From Candidatus Caldarchaeum sp. (GTDB lineage Archaea > Thermoproteota > Nitrososphaeria_A > Caldarchaeales > Caldarchaeaceae): a stretch of DNA of 64,000 nucleotides. Below are positions 31,184 through 41,550 of this stretch, one piece after another; position 1 is the first letter of the stretch; each line of letters opens with the position of its first letter. The notes beneath the pieces were generated by a model. It searched no databases. It had not been told where the DNA came from and saw only the letters and a program-made list of their open reading frames with translations. Made by a program: the position numbers and the translations under genes. The DNA lies in assembly GCA_038885755.1 (NCBI GenBank), contig JAVZZH010000003.1, forward strand, positions 64,001 through 128,000, in the 5' to 3' direction.

Positions 31184-31533
31184 GGTAATGTCCGGATAAG
31201 CGTTTCCTGTTCTTAGTGTTTGGTGGTGTATAGTTTTCTCATCCCCTGTGCGTGGCTTGTGGCGCTGGGCTTGCCGTGGAGTACAGCCTTCCTCTCCTGA
31301 AGAGCCTCTCAACCCTGTTCCTAATACCGGGCCTCTGGTGTTCATACTCTATCCCAAGCCTCTGCAGAGCCCATGGATACCATGCACCCCTCCTACAGCC
31401 ACCGTGAAACATATACCCAAGAACCGCTAAAACCTCAACCCCACGGCTTTTTCGCTAGGCTTAAAACAACCCGAAGCAACATCCACACAGATAACATCCC
31501 GCCTCTAAACACACCTCTTATCAGGACACTATC
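31184..31533 (-). mobile_element. Internally deleted IS6-family element with both TIRs (350 bp)
   Basis: TIRs GGTAATGTCCGGATAAG (31184-31200) and CTTATCAGGACACTATC (31517-31533), complementary at 14 of 17 positions; internal WYPWALQRLGIEYEHQRPGIRNRVERLFR typical of archaeal IS6 transposases. Confidence 0.8.
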
Positions 31534-31568
31534 CTATGTCCAGCGCAAAAGGACCAATAAAACCAGCT

Positions 31569-31800
31569 TCATAGCTGCTTTTTGATGATGTGTTGGCCTC
31601 GCTCAAACAGCTTATTTATCAAGCCAACATGCTCAAAGTTCACAATACGTAGGTAAAGAACATGGGCCAGCATAGCTATTGTTACCATCAAACCCATCAC
31701 GACATACCGAACTCCTATGCTTGCGACTAACACGGACATTATTCTGGCTATTGCGTCGGCGCCCAATATGAATGAGACCCCGCCGGATGTCTCAATATCT
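31569..31800 (-). pseudogene. MarC-family membrane protein C-terminal remnant
   Basis: GADAIARIMSVLVASIGVRYVVMGL matches the MarC C-terminal RIMGLLLAAIAVQ motif; upstream part decayed. Confidence 0.55.
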
Positions 31801-32372
31801 CTATTAAAATACTGGCCTACTGTGTTTCATGCAAGTCGCTCTGTGGCCGTGGTAGTTGCTTCAGCCGGAAACTCATGTAGGGGTTTGTATGGTCTGGCGG
31901 TTAAGACTGTTGGCTTGCCTTGGTGGGCTGCCACAGAATATGTAATGAGCGTTAAAAATAGGGAGGGGCTGGCTCGGAACACCAGAAGGATGATGTCAAC
32001 GAAACCAGAGAGCAGCAGATGTGTATTGTAGTAGACAAGCAGATTATAGGATGGCAGTTATTCATCCATAACATCAAGTTATGCTGAACAGCTCTCCCTA
32101 GAATATATCATGTCTTAACTCCTCTGGCTCTTTTTCACATTAGTGTATGGAGGTCCTAGTAAGCGATGTGCCAACCCCCTGCTCTTCCCGGTGTAACCGC
32201 CAACACAATGTAATTCTGAGAACCGTCTCTACAAACTGCTTTTTGAGAGAATCCTTATTAAACAATTATTTCCCACCAAATGCAGTATTGCGATCGACTC
32301 CACAAAGATGTTGGCGTTTATAAAACAACTACATCAGCTAACACTTAAGTAGTCGCCGCCCCAGATGGCATC

Positions 32373-33299
32373 ATGAACAGCTATCAGAAGCTCAGAGTAG
32401 GGTTCATAGGGCTAGGTAAGATGGGTGTACACATGGCCGAAAATATCAAGGCATCTGGATTCCCCCTAACAGTCTGGAATAGGACGCGGGAGAAAGCCCA
32501 GTCATTCAGCAGCAGGACAGGGGCATCCATCGCCGAGACGCCGAAGGATCTAGCAGCTGAGAACGACGTTGTGGTCAACATGCTTACAGAGCCATGGATA
32601 ACCGAGGATGTGATACTGGGGACGGGTGAGATGAGGGGCAGGGCTGTCATCGATGGAATCAGTGAAGGAAAGGTGGTGATAGACATGAGTACAAATCATC
32701 CATCTTCTGTGAAAAGAATGGCCTCGGCGTTACGAGATGTAGGTGGAGCGTTCATCGATGCACCAGTTATGGGTGGACCTTTTGTGGCCTCCCAGAGAAA
32801 GCTCACGATTCTCGCAGCAGGCGATGAAAGGGTTTTAGAGAGGGTTCGTCCAGTACTTCTGAGTATGGGTCAGAAAGTTCTTCACGTCGGTGATGTGGGT
32901 GCTGGGATGACGGTTAAGCTGCTCCTCAATCTACATCTGTGGGTCATAATGGCTTCCTACGCGGAGTGTGTGGCTATCGGATCGAAACTCGGGATAAATC
33001 CCAGGAAACTCACAGAGATATTCAACAACACCGTCCTCAAGAACTATGTTACAGAGTTCAAGGCGAGAAAGCTTCTGGAGAATGACTGGAAGCCGGACGC
33101 CCACATTTCCATAGCCATGAAAGACCTACGCTTAGTCGCCGAAGTTGCCCTAGAGGCTGAAGCACCCATGCTGCTGGGCTCCATTACAAGAGACCTGTTC
33201 ACGGCGACAATGCAGCAGGGATTCGAAGACTATGACGTGATGGCGATAGCCCTCATGTACTCCAAGATGGCTGGCGTAGATCTCTCAGCCAAGGACTAG
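32373..33299 (+). CDS. NAD(P)-dependent beta-hydroxyacid dehydrogenase family protein (paralog of 30219-31127)
   Basis: GFIGLGKMG, DMSTNHP, DAPVMGG, KLLLNLHLW, FNNTVLKNYVTE. Confidence 0.92.
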   Translation: MNSYQKLRVGFIGLGKMGVHMAENIKASGFPLTVWNRTREKAQSFSSRTGASIAETPKDLAAENDVVVNMLTEPWITEDVILGTGEMRGRAVIDGISEGKVVIDMSTNHPSSVKRMASALRDVGGAFIDAPVMGGPFVASQRKLTILAAGDERVLERVRPVLLSMGQKVLHVGDVGAGMTVKLLLNLHLWVIMASYAECVAIGSKLGINPRKLTEIFNNTVLKNYVTEFKARKLLENDWKPDAHISIAMKDLRLVAEVALEAEAPMLLGSITRDLFTATMQQGFEDYDVMAIALMYSKMAGVDLSAKD

Positions 33300-34207
33300 G
33301 ATAGGAGTTTAGCTGTCTCGAATATTCGCTGGGCTATTCTTATCGTGGCGTCATCAACCATTATACCATCAACTGAAACTGCTCCCAACCCCTCGGCCAC
33401 AGCCCTTTCATAGGCTTCAACAATTTTCCTAGCCTTGTCAACCTCCTCCCTCGATGGTGTGTAAATCCTGTTGCAGGGTTCAATCTGGCTCGGATGTATG
33501 ACCCACTTCCCTTCAAATCCGAGACTCTTTGAGAGCCTAGCCGACTTCTCAAACCCCTCTAAGTCGGTGTACAGTGCGTAAGGCCCGTCTATCGCCTGCA
33601 GACCCGCAGCAGCCGACGCGTTCCTAATTGTGAAAAGTGGGTAATGCCATATATGGCCTGGATATTCCTCCACATGTCCCCCTATCACCAGAGACGACAT
33701 TCCTAAGCTGGCGGCATAGTCTCCCGGCCCGAAGATGAATGATTCAAGGCGCTGGCTGCTGAAGGCTATTTCACCACATCTTAGCAAGCCCTCAGCCGTC
33801 TCGATAATGGCTTCAAGCCCGATAGGCGACTCTATTCCATTCTCATCCTCAAGAACCTTCAGAGCCTTGTCGACAAGCACTATGTCAGCCGCCCTGTTGA
33901 CCTTAGGTACTATAACGCAGTCTATCTTACTGCCAACCCCGCTGATTATGTATTTGAGGTCGTCATACCAGAACCTCGTGTCCACTGCGTTAATTCTGAA
34001 GGCGATAGTTTTCCCTCGGGGCTTCTCAACATCTTTGAGAACCTCGACAACGTTGCGGCGGGCCACATCCTTATGCGAGTCGGGGACTGATGCCTCAAGG
34101 TCGAAGAACACCTCATCAGCTGCGGTCTCCATCAAACCCTTCCTCATCATCTTGGGACTGACGGCGGGTGTTGCCAGCTCGGTTCTCCTTAGCCTGCGGC
34201 GGGGCAT
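33296..34207 (-). CDS. CitE-superfamily CoA ester lyase, malyl-CoA/beta-methylmalyl-CoA lyase (Mcl)-like
   Basis: RINAVDTRFWYDD, PKV, IIETAEG, GPGDYAASLG, WHY, AIDGPY, GKWVIHPSQI, C-terminal MVDDA. Confidence 0.9.
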   Translation of the reverse strand: MPRRRLRRTELATPAVSPKMMRKGLMETAADEVFFDLEASVPDSHKDVARRNVVEVLKDVEKPRGKTIAFRINAVDTRFWYDDLKYIISGVGSKIDCVIVPKVNRAADIVLVDKALKVLEDENGIESPIGLEAIIETAEGLLRCGEIAFSSQRLESFIFGPGDYAASLGMSSLVIGGHVEEYPGHIWHYPLFTIRNASAAAGLQAIDGPYALYTDLEGFEKSARLSKSLGFEGKWVIHPSQIEPCNRIYTPSREEVDKARKIVEAYERAVAEGLGAVSVDGIMVDDATIRIAQRIFETAKLLS

Positions 34208-34254
34208 ATCAGCGGTCAGAATTCAGAGGATTATTTATGGGTTCGCAGAATAGG

Positions 34255-35950
34255 CTATCCACCTCATTCGGGCTTAGACGTGGGAGTGAACCACCTCTGC
34301 ACACTAAGGTCATCCAACAAGACGTTTACACAGTTTTATCCAAGCGCAAACGAAACACTCCCGCTAGGGTGTGAAGTTGATCCCGCAAGATAAAGACCAG
34401 CTGTGGGTGTCCGATAGTTTGAGAGCGGTGGATGGGACCTATTGATGCTCATCTGGTCTGGGATGTAGGCACCAAGGTGTACACTGCCCTCACCCATGCT
34501 GATGCTGTGTCAGAATGTGTCCAGAGTAGAGTATGATGTCTTAGCCAGTAACGAGGTCTTTGGATTTGGCGCATATTCAGACCAGACTCCCAGCAGATAG
34601 CCAACATATCTACCCTTCAACTCATCCCATACCCCTCCAGCGATTCGAAATGGTGCGCGGGGCGCCCAGAAGACCACACGCTGTCCCGCAGGAGCATATG
34701 AAGGGCCCAAAAACGTGTTGCATGTACTATTACCGGCCGGCTTCTCAGGGAGCTCCCCCTACTTCAGCTGTCTATGATTCGCTTCAAGCTTCCTCGAAAC
34801 TTCAACCCCAAAGTAGATGTTGAAGGTCTGGTTGATGAGGGGCCCGGTATTACTAGATGACGTGTAGTTGGGCGGCTCCCTAAGAGTTAGACGTAGAACA
34901 AGCAGACTCCATTTTCACACCATAGCCTTCTGCACGATTTCACTGTCCCAGCTCTCCTCACCTGCCATCCGAACTGTCTGCGGAAAATCAAAAACACTCA
35001 CCACTACCTTCCTATCCTCCACCACACTGCAGTCCGACAACACCCCTCCATAAGCCCCCGTCTTTGACGAAAATCCTATCTACATGCCGTCCAGTCCATA
35101 AACTCCCACCATTCTCCACGATCACTTTCTTGAAGGCTTTGGCAAGGTTTGTTGCCCCACCTTTAACGAGAAAGTGTGTTGATGAGAGCTTTGAGTCTTG
35201 TAAGGGCTCCGCCGGTCATCGGATCGTTGCCAGATTGGAAGCTATGTATTACCAGTTTGAGAAAAGTTCTAACCCTCTTATCTTCAAAATTCTCAGCCAC
35301 AGCATTATACATAGTCATCGTGCTGAACATGATGAACTCCTCACCGAGGTCGCCTTTTATTGTCTTTCTAAGGTCATCTAGTTGGGTTGGAGGATTATAG
35401 GACAGGGATGCTATCGCACTCCCCCTCATCCGGCTGAACTTTTCGTAGAGAGCCCTGTATGTCCGCGCATCCTTTTCAGAGGGTCTTGCCAGCGAACGTA
35501 CTGCGACGTCTATGTCCCCATGCAGGACAACGGCCGTTCCATCCTTGAGTGCGCCGCCAGTGTTGCAGTCAAGCATTATGGCTTGGACTCCATAGTGAGC
35601 CGGTTGGAGATCCCTGAATACCGGATTGTTGGTAAGGTTTACGAATAAGTTGGCGTGTGTGGCATGCTTGAACCCGGGAAGGGTTATCTCCTAAGTCCAA
35701 ACGCCACCCAGCAGAAGATTATGGAGAGTAGATGTTACGTATTCAAGGGCGAAGCCAATCTCCAGACCGGATACGTATAGCCTTTGGGGGATTCAGGATG
35801 TCGCCTAGGTATTTGGGGGGAATAGTGTTGACTGTCCCACATCACTATTCTATCTATGAGGAGGACGCTCGACCGGGATCTGGCGAGATACGCTGCTGCC
35901 GTTGAACCATCAGGCCCCTCGCCTATAACAATAAAGTGGGTGCACAGCCC
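34255..35950 (-). pseudogene. Phytoene dehydrogenase-like FAD oxidoreductase pseudogene
   Basis: Fragments IVIGEGPDGSTAAAYLAR, ITLPGFKH, PSYAPAGQ, YRTPTAGLYLAGSTSHPSG in different frames with stops. Confidence 0.8.
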
Positions 35951-36033
35951 GCTGAGTAACTGACTTCGTTTTTTGAGTTGTGTAGTTTCATGTCTGAGCA
36001 AGGTTTATTATCATTTTAGCCGCTGTCGAAGCC

Positions 36034-37080
36034 ATGCAAGAAATGCAGGTGATAGATATTTTCTGCCATATATTTCCAGCCGGCTTCATGCAGGAGCTTA
36101 AGAAAAGATGCCCGCATCTATCATTTAGGCAGGCTGGGGCTGGTAGTGCGTTGAATATTTTCAACGATCAGTCTGGTTACTGGGTGGCTTACGTAATCCC
36201 CGACTCGGCTTTTGATACTCCGGAGAAGCGTATAGAGGATATGGACAGGTATGGTGTCGACATACAGGTTTTGAGCGCCTCACTGCCCGGAGCTGAGCCA
36301 TCATCTCTGTCGGCAACCCCTGAGGACCTGATCAAGATTGCTAGATTTGTCAACGACGCGATAGCAGGAGTTGTAAGCAGGTATCCCGACCGTTTTTTAG
36401 GCGTGGCCGAGATACCTGCGACGGAGGAAGAGAGCGCCTTGGAGGAGTTTGACCGCGCCGTCAATGAGCTGGGTATGAAGGCTGTTCAGCTATATACACA
36501 GATGGGTGGGATGCCTATAGATAACGAGAGGTTCTACCCGTTGTTTGAAAGGGCTGTAAAATATGATTTACCGATACTCCTGCATCCTTCAAACCCGCCC
36601 CCGGCCCAGTCCAGAAGCTATGAAAAAGACTACTCACTCATGCTATTGTTCGGATGGCCATATGAAACAACACTGGCGCTCTCTAGGCTTGTGATATCGG
36701 GAGTCCTTGAGAAGTTTCCAAGACTGAAGATAGTTTCACATCACATGGGTGGGATGATAGCCTATTTCGGGGGGCGGCTTCAGATCTATGAGAACCTAGC
36801 CGCCGTGCGTGGCGTCAAGTATCCCAAGCCACTTCTTGAATATTTCAAAGCATTCTACGCCGACACGGTTCTGGGTGGGCACCTTCCCGCGGCCAAATGC
36901 GGGTACGAGGTTTTCGGCCCTGATCATATTGTATTCGCAACAGACTATCCATTCGGTCCTGAGATTGGCCGAGCTTTCATAAGGCAGGCCATAAACACAG
37001 TCAGAGAACTCAACATACCGGAGGAGGAACAGGCCAAGATATTCCACAAGAACGCACGCGAGCTTCTCAACATACATTAG
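36034..37080 (+). CDS. Amidohydrolase_2 family protein (ACMSD / aromatic decarboxylase-like)
   Basis: IDIFCH, RIEDMDRYGVDIQVLS, PILLHP, FGWPYET, HHMGG, FATDYPF. Confidence 0.9.
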   Translation: MQEMQVIDIFCHIFPAGFMQELKKRCPHLSFRQAGAGSALNIFNDQSGYWVAYVIPDSAFDTPEKRIEDMDRYGVDIQVLSASLPGAEPSSLSATPEDLIKIARFVNDAIAGVVSRYPDRFLGVAEIPATEEESALEEFDRAVNELGMKAVQLYTQMGGMPIDNERFYPLFERAVKYDLPILLHPSNPPPAQSRSYEKDYSLMLLFGWPYETTLALSRLVISGVLEKFPRLKIVSHHMGGMIAYFGGRLQIYENLAAVRGVKYPKPLLEYFKAFYADTVLGGHLPAAKCGYEVFGPDHIVFATDYPFGPEIGRAFIRQAINTVRELNIPEEEQAKIFHKNARELLNIH

Positions 37081-37850
37081 GTCATATCCTCATAGGCTTC
37101 TGACACTCGGCCGGATAGTCTATCAGCCCTCATAACGACGGGTTTTTTCCAAATCTATATCCGCCACCAATACCTCCTCCACATACCCCGCGTCCGCCAG
37201 AGTCTTCACAACCCCCACTCCCCCAGCGGTTTCCCTGACGGTTAGGATTGTGGAAAGGCCACCGTAGAGGTCCGGCAGGATAATGTTGGGAGCAACGAGC
37301 GGATCCTGTTCTCGAAGGCAGCGGACCTCAAGGTACCTTTTCCATGGAGCACAGCCATCCCTGACTATTCTAGATGGGTTGAAGGCTAGCTCAGCGCTCC
37401 TTAGGGCTAGGGTTCTCGCAGCCTCGGGATAGACTATATCATGGCATACCAGCCTTCACACCGTCCATATCAAAAACTTTGAATCGCTTACCATGTCTTA
37501 AGACCGTTTTCTCACCTCTGAAGAGATGAACCTTCTCCTGCAATCATGTCTCCATCAGGTGATATGATGGGGCAACCACACTTGGTCCGTCCCGCGAATA
37601 CAACCCACCTACCACAGCCCACACCTTGTTATTCGCTGCTGACTCCGAGAGTCTTCCCCAGATGATCTCATAGCTGGAGAGCATGGCATCTATGTAGGCC
37701 AGAGGAGTATGGTGAAACCAAGCCTCCGGTAGACAGACGACTGACACGCCTCCATCCCCCTGCTCACTTAACCGCTTTCTCCAGACTCTCCGAAACCGTT
37801 GAAGGTGTTAGCGGTACAGCCGCCACCCTAATACTCCGCATGAAGTTAAC
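37080..37850 (-). pseudogene. Carbon-nitrogen hydrolase (nitrilase superfamily) pseudogene
   Basis: VVCLPEAW, EKVHLF and LVCHDIVYPEAARTLAL (E-K-C triad motifs) split over frames. Confidence 0.78.
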
Positions 37851-38010
37851 CTCTAGCCAGCTTGGATAAGGATATGCAGGGAGCTTAGGAGGGAAGTTCC
37901 GGACAAGGATAAGATGGCGGGCAGCCAAGCGATCTTCCAGCTGGACATAGTATATGTGATAGCCAACCTACGGCTTGGTATACTAAACCCCTTCTAGGAC
38001 AAGCACATAC

Positions 38011-39399
38011 TCACGGTGCAGCACCACCAGCTACGCAGTGCTTGACTAACTCCCCCACGTCATCCAGCCTGTCAACATTCATGATTATGTCTATCAGCTC
38101 TTCGGCCACCTCATCGGTGACGACCAGCCGTGCATTGCTCCTAAACTTAGCCATTATGTCTATGAGAGCCGGGCTAGCTATATCGGATTTCTTGACGGTG
38201 TACCGGCTTCCGTCGACCATGACTATCTCAATAAGCTCCTTGTCCGGGCTATCAGCCCTCTGAAACCCTATCTTCCTAGATAGGAGGGCAACGTCTCTAT
38301 CTACACCGCCTTCTACATCAAAATCTCGAATGTTGGCCGAGCCTTTCACAAGCACTGTGGCGACCCCATAGGGTAGGCTGAACATCGCATCGTATCTGGT
38401 CTTCGGGTTCAGCTTTCTATCCGCCGGCAGACATATTATGGGTATGGCTAGCTCGCTGACGAAGCAGGTTGCCTCCCTGATGTCACGGTGGCTTATGCGG
38501 TGTTTCTTCTTAATTGCTAGAGCGGCGTGCATAAACTCATGTATGAGATGACAGTTGGGAAAGAGCTTGAACGAGATGTTCATGGTCTCCCACTCCCTTC
38601 CAAGGCCAGCCACCACCTCCTCAAAGCTGGGCCTGAAACCCGCATATGCAGCATATACCCCCCTATCACCCTCGAGTATCCGCGCCGGACCCGATAGTCC
38701 TTGGCCCGCTAGGAGGGCCGCCATAATACCTGCGTGGGCAGCCCAACCCACGTGTAGTGGTTTCACCCATGAACCGTCGGATAAAAACTCCATTAGCCCT
38801 GAGCTCATACTTCCCGCGATCCCCATAGCGCCTGATAGCTGAGCCTTACTATGGTCAAGCAGTTTTCCAGCAGCGAGGGAGCAGCCTAGGACACCGCATA
38901 CTGAAGTAGCGTGAAAGCCCTTCTCATGGAATTTGCCTCTGGAGGCCATGCCTATCCTAGAGTTCACCTCATATCCGGCGACTAGAGCCGTCATGACCTC
39001 AGCGCCTGAAGCGTGTATAGCTTCACCGAGGGATAGGACAGTAGATACCAGCGGTGAACTCAGGTGCATTATTGAGCCGAGGTGGGTGTCGTCATAGTCC
39101 AGCGCATGGGCCATGGAGCCGTTGGCCAGTGCGGCGATGGGGGCTGAGGCCCTGAAACCGTGCCACATAACGGTGCTTTCTCCGGAGCCGGCCGCCTTCT
39201 TCAGGGCTTCCGAGATGGATCGGGATCCAGGCTCCAGAGAACCTGCTGCAGAAACACCGATAGTATCCATTAGATGAAGCTTAGCCCTGGCAATCACCTC
39301 TTCTGGAATATCACTAAACCTTAGACCATCCACGAAGCATGCAAACTCCTCACTCATTGTGTGCAAATTAACACACAAGGCCACGTCTATATCACCCAT
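38011..39399 (-). CDS. MmgE/PrpD family protein
   Basis: ANGSMAHALDYDDTH, HLSS, GFHAT, KPLHVGWAA, FKLFPNCHLIH, FSLPY. Confidence 0.92.
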   Translation of the reverse strand: MGDIDVALCVNLHTMSEEFACFVDGLRFSDIPEEVIARAKLHLMDTIGVSAAGSLEPGSRSISEALKKAAGSGESTVMWHGFRASAPIAALANGSMAHALDYDDTHLGSIMHLSSPLVSTVLSLGEAIHASGAEVMTALVAGYEVNSRIGMASRGKFHEKGFHATSVCGVLGCSLAAGKLLDHSKAQLSGAMGIAGSMSSGLMEFLSDGSWVKPLHVGWAAHAGIMAALLAGQGLSGPARILEGDRGVYAAYAGFRPSFEEVVAGLGREWETMNISFKLFPNCHLIHEFMHAALAIKKKHRISHRDIREATCFVSELAIPIICLPADRKLNPKTRYDAMFSLPYGVATVLVKGSANIRDFDVEGGVDRDVALLSRKIGFQRADSPDKELIEIVMVDGSRYTVKKSDIASPALIDIMAKFRSNARLVVTDEVAEELIDIIMNVDRLDDVGELVKHCVAGGAAP

Positions 39400-39485
39400 T
39401 ATTAAAATATAGCTATGTTAGGACGGCAAAACAATTGCTCGGGATGTTTCGCCGCTCCTTATAGTCGGCCATAGCCCGCTAGGTT

Positions 39486-39590
39486 ATGTACGCCCAAGTT
39501 CAGACGGCTGAGCATATGATGATTAGGAAGGCTGTGAGTGAGCTAGCTTCCAAGTATCTTCCAACATACTTCTCCCTCATCAACACGTCT
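39486..39590 (+). pseudogene. N-terminal remnant of an acyl-CoA dehydrogenase
   Basis: TAEHMMIRKAVSELASKYLPTYF resembles the first ACAD helix, then the frame degenerates. Confidence 0.45.
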
Positions 39591-39727
39591 AACCAGAACT
39601 ATACCGCCTCTCAAACTCATGGGAAACCTTGGGAAAAAGCCATGCCATGCTCGGACTTGTGGGAGCAGGTTTGTATCCTCTGCTGTGTATTTCTGAAGCT
39701 GAAAAGATTTAAGGTGGATGTGGAGGG

Positions 39728-41236
39728 TTGACAGCTATGGTGGAGAAGTCTGAAGAGATTCACAGATATGAATTATTCATAAATGGAGAGTGGACCGAGC
39801 CGAGCTCCGGTAATTATTTCAAGGTCATATACCCGTTCAACCAGAAGGTTGTTGCTGAAGTGGCTGAAGCCGCACCAGACGACGTGGAGAGGGCGATCAG
39901 AGCTGCGAGGGAAGCCTTCGATGACGGTCCCTGGCGTAGGATGGCGGCGTCTGAAAGGTCTAGACTTCTCTGGAGGCTGGCAGACCTCATCGAATCTGAG
40001 GCTGAGAGGCTGGCACGTTTAGAGACACTATGCAACGGAAAGCTATACAGGGAGATGCTGGGGCAGTTGAAAGTCATCCCCCACTATTACAGATACTTCG
40101 CAGGATGGGCTGACAAGATACTGGGTGATGCAAAATATCTACCTGACAAACCCAACGTGCTCAACTATACAATGCGTGAGCCATATGGTGTGGTCTCTAT
40201 AATAGTACCTTGGAACTCGCCCATACTTCTTACTACCTTCTCTCTGGCACCCGCCCTAGCGTGTGGGAACACAGTCATAGTGAAACCGTCCAAAAACGCG
40301 CCGCTCGGGGTGCTTGCCCTTGGTGAGCTGTTCCAGCGAGCCGGTTTTCCGCATGGTGTTTTCAACATTGTAACCGGTCCAGGTTCCGTTGGGGAGATGC
40401 TGGCAGGCCACCACTCCGTGGATAAGGTGTGCTTCACAGGTGGAACAGATACTGGCATACATGTGGCTAGGATAACCTCCAGCAACCTAACCAGATACGT
40501 CTTGGAGCTGGGCGGGAAGTCGCCTCAGATAGTTTTTGAGGACTGTGATGTTGATACTGCAGTGAGTGGTGTGGTGTCGGGAATAGTTGCTGCCACTGGT
40601 CAGACATGTGTAGCCGGCTCAAGACTACTAGTCCAGAAGGGATTGTATGAGGAGTTTCTGGAGAGGCTGAGGGAGGTGTTCGGGAGGGTGAGGCTAGGAG
40701 ATCCCATGGACCCGCAGACCCAGATGGGGCCTGTTGCTACACGGGACCAGCTTGAAAAAATACTGTATTACATCGAGTCCGCTAAGAAGGAGGGGGCTAG
40801 ACTGGTCTATGGTGGCGAGAGGCCGAGTGATCCATCACTCTCGGATGGGTTCTTCATACTTCCCACGATCTTCGCCGACGTAACGCCTCGCATGACTATT
40901 TGGCGTGAGGAGATATTTGGCCCGGTTCTGGCTGCCACAAGCTTCGAGACTGAGGAGGAAGCTGTTAAGCTGGCTAACTCGGTTGATTATGGACTTGCTG
41001 CTGGGATATGGACCAGGGATATCTACAAGGCGCACCGTGTAGCGAGGAATGTTCAGGCTGGGACTGTATGGATCAACATGTATAGAAGCCTCTCATATGC
41101 ATCCCCATTCGGCGGCTTCAAGAAGAGCGGGGTTGGTAGAGAGCTGAGCGTCGAGGCCATACGAGAGTTTACACAAGTAAAGAGCGTGTGGGTTGAGCTG
41201 TCGGGTCAAAGGCGCGACCCCTTTATACTCGGTTGA
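39728..41236 (+). CDS. Aldehyde dehydrogenase
   Basis: PWNSP, FTGGT, LELGGKSP, catalytic GQTCVAGSR, EEIFGPV, PFGGFKKSG. Confidence 0.95.
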   Translation: MTAMVEKSEEIHRYELFINGEWTEPSSGNYFKVIYPFNQKVVAEVAEAAPDDVERAIRAAREAFDDGPWRRMAASERSRLLWRLADLIESEAERLARLETLCNGKLYREMLGQLKVIPHYYRYFAGWADKILGDAKYLPDKPNVLNYTMREPYGVVSIIVPWNSPILLTTFSLAPALACGNTVIVKPSKNAPLGVLALGELFQRAGFPHGVFNIVTGPGSVGEMLAGHHSVDKVCFTGGTDTGIHVARITSSNLTRYVLELGGKSPQIVFEDCDVDTAVSGVVSGIVAATGQTCVAGSRLLVQKGLYEEFLERLREVFGRVRLGDPMDPQTQMGPVATRDQLEKILYYIESAKKEGARLVYGGERPSDPSLSDGFFILPTIFADVTPRMTIWREEIFGPVLAATSFETEEEAVKLANSVDYGLAAGIWTRDIYKAHRVARNVQAGTVWINMYRSLSYASPFGGFKKSGVGRELSVEAIREFTQVKSVWVELSGQRRDPFILG

Positions 41237-41268
41237 AGACTTTTAAAGCCCAGTGACAGCTTGCCTGC

Positions 41269-41514
41269 ATGGTCGGGATATACAAGCTGATTCTCCCCCG
41301 CATCGACGTAGCTATGGAGTCTGGAAGGATTATTGAGTTGTTGAAGAAGGAGGGCGACAAGGTGTCCAAAGACGAGCTGGTGGCCGTAGTTGAGACTGAG
41401 AAGGCGGCTGTTGAGATCAGGTCCGAGGTTGATGGTGTGATAGTTAAGATACTCCATGCTGTTGGTGAGGAAGTTGGGGTAAGTGAGCCAATAGCTGAGA
41501 TAAGAGTAGACTAG
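41269..41514 (+). CDS. Stand-alone lipoyl-domain protein
   Basis: 81 aa; lipoyl-lysine motif VETEKAAVEI, KKEGDKV, G.I.KI...GEEV.V..PI. Confidence 0.88.
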   Translation: MVGIYKLILPRIDVAMESGRIIELLKKEGDKVSKDELVAVVETEKAAVEIRSEVDGVIVKILHAVGEEVGVSEPIAEIRVD

Positions 41515-41550
41515 CGAAACGCTTATACGCCAAACAGCTGCTGCAAACGT

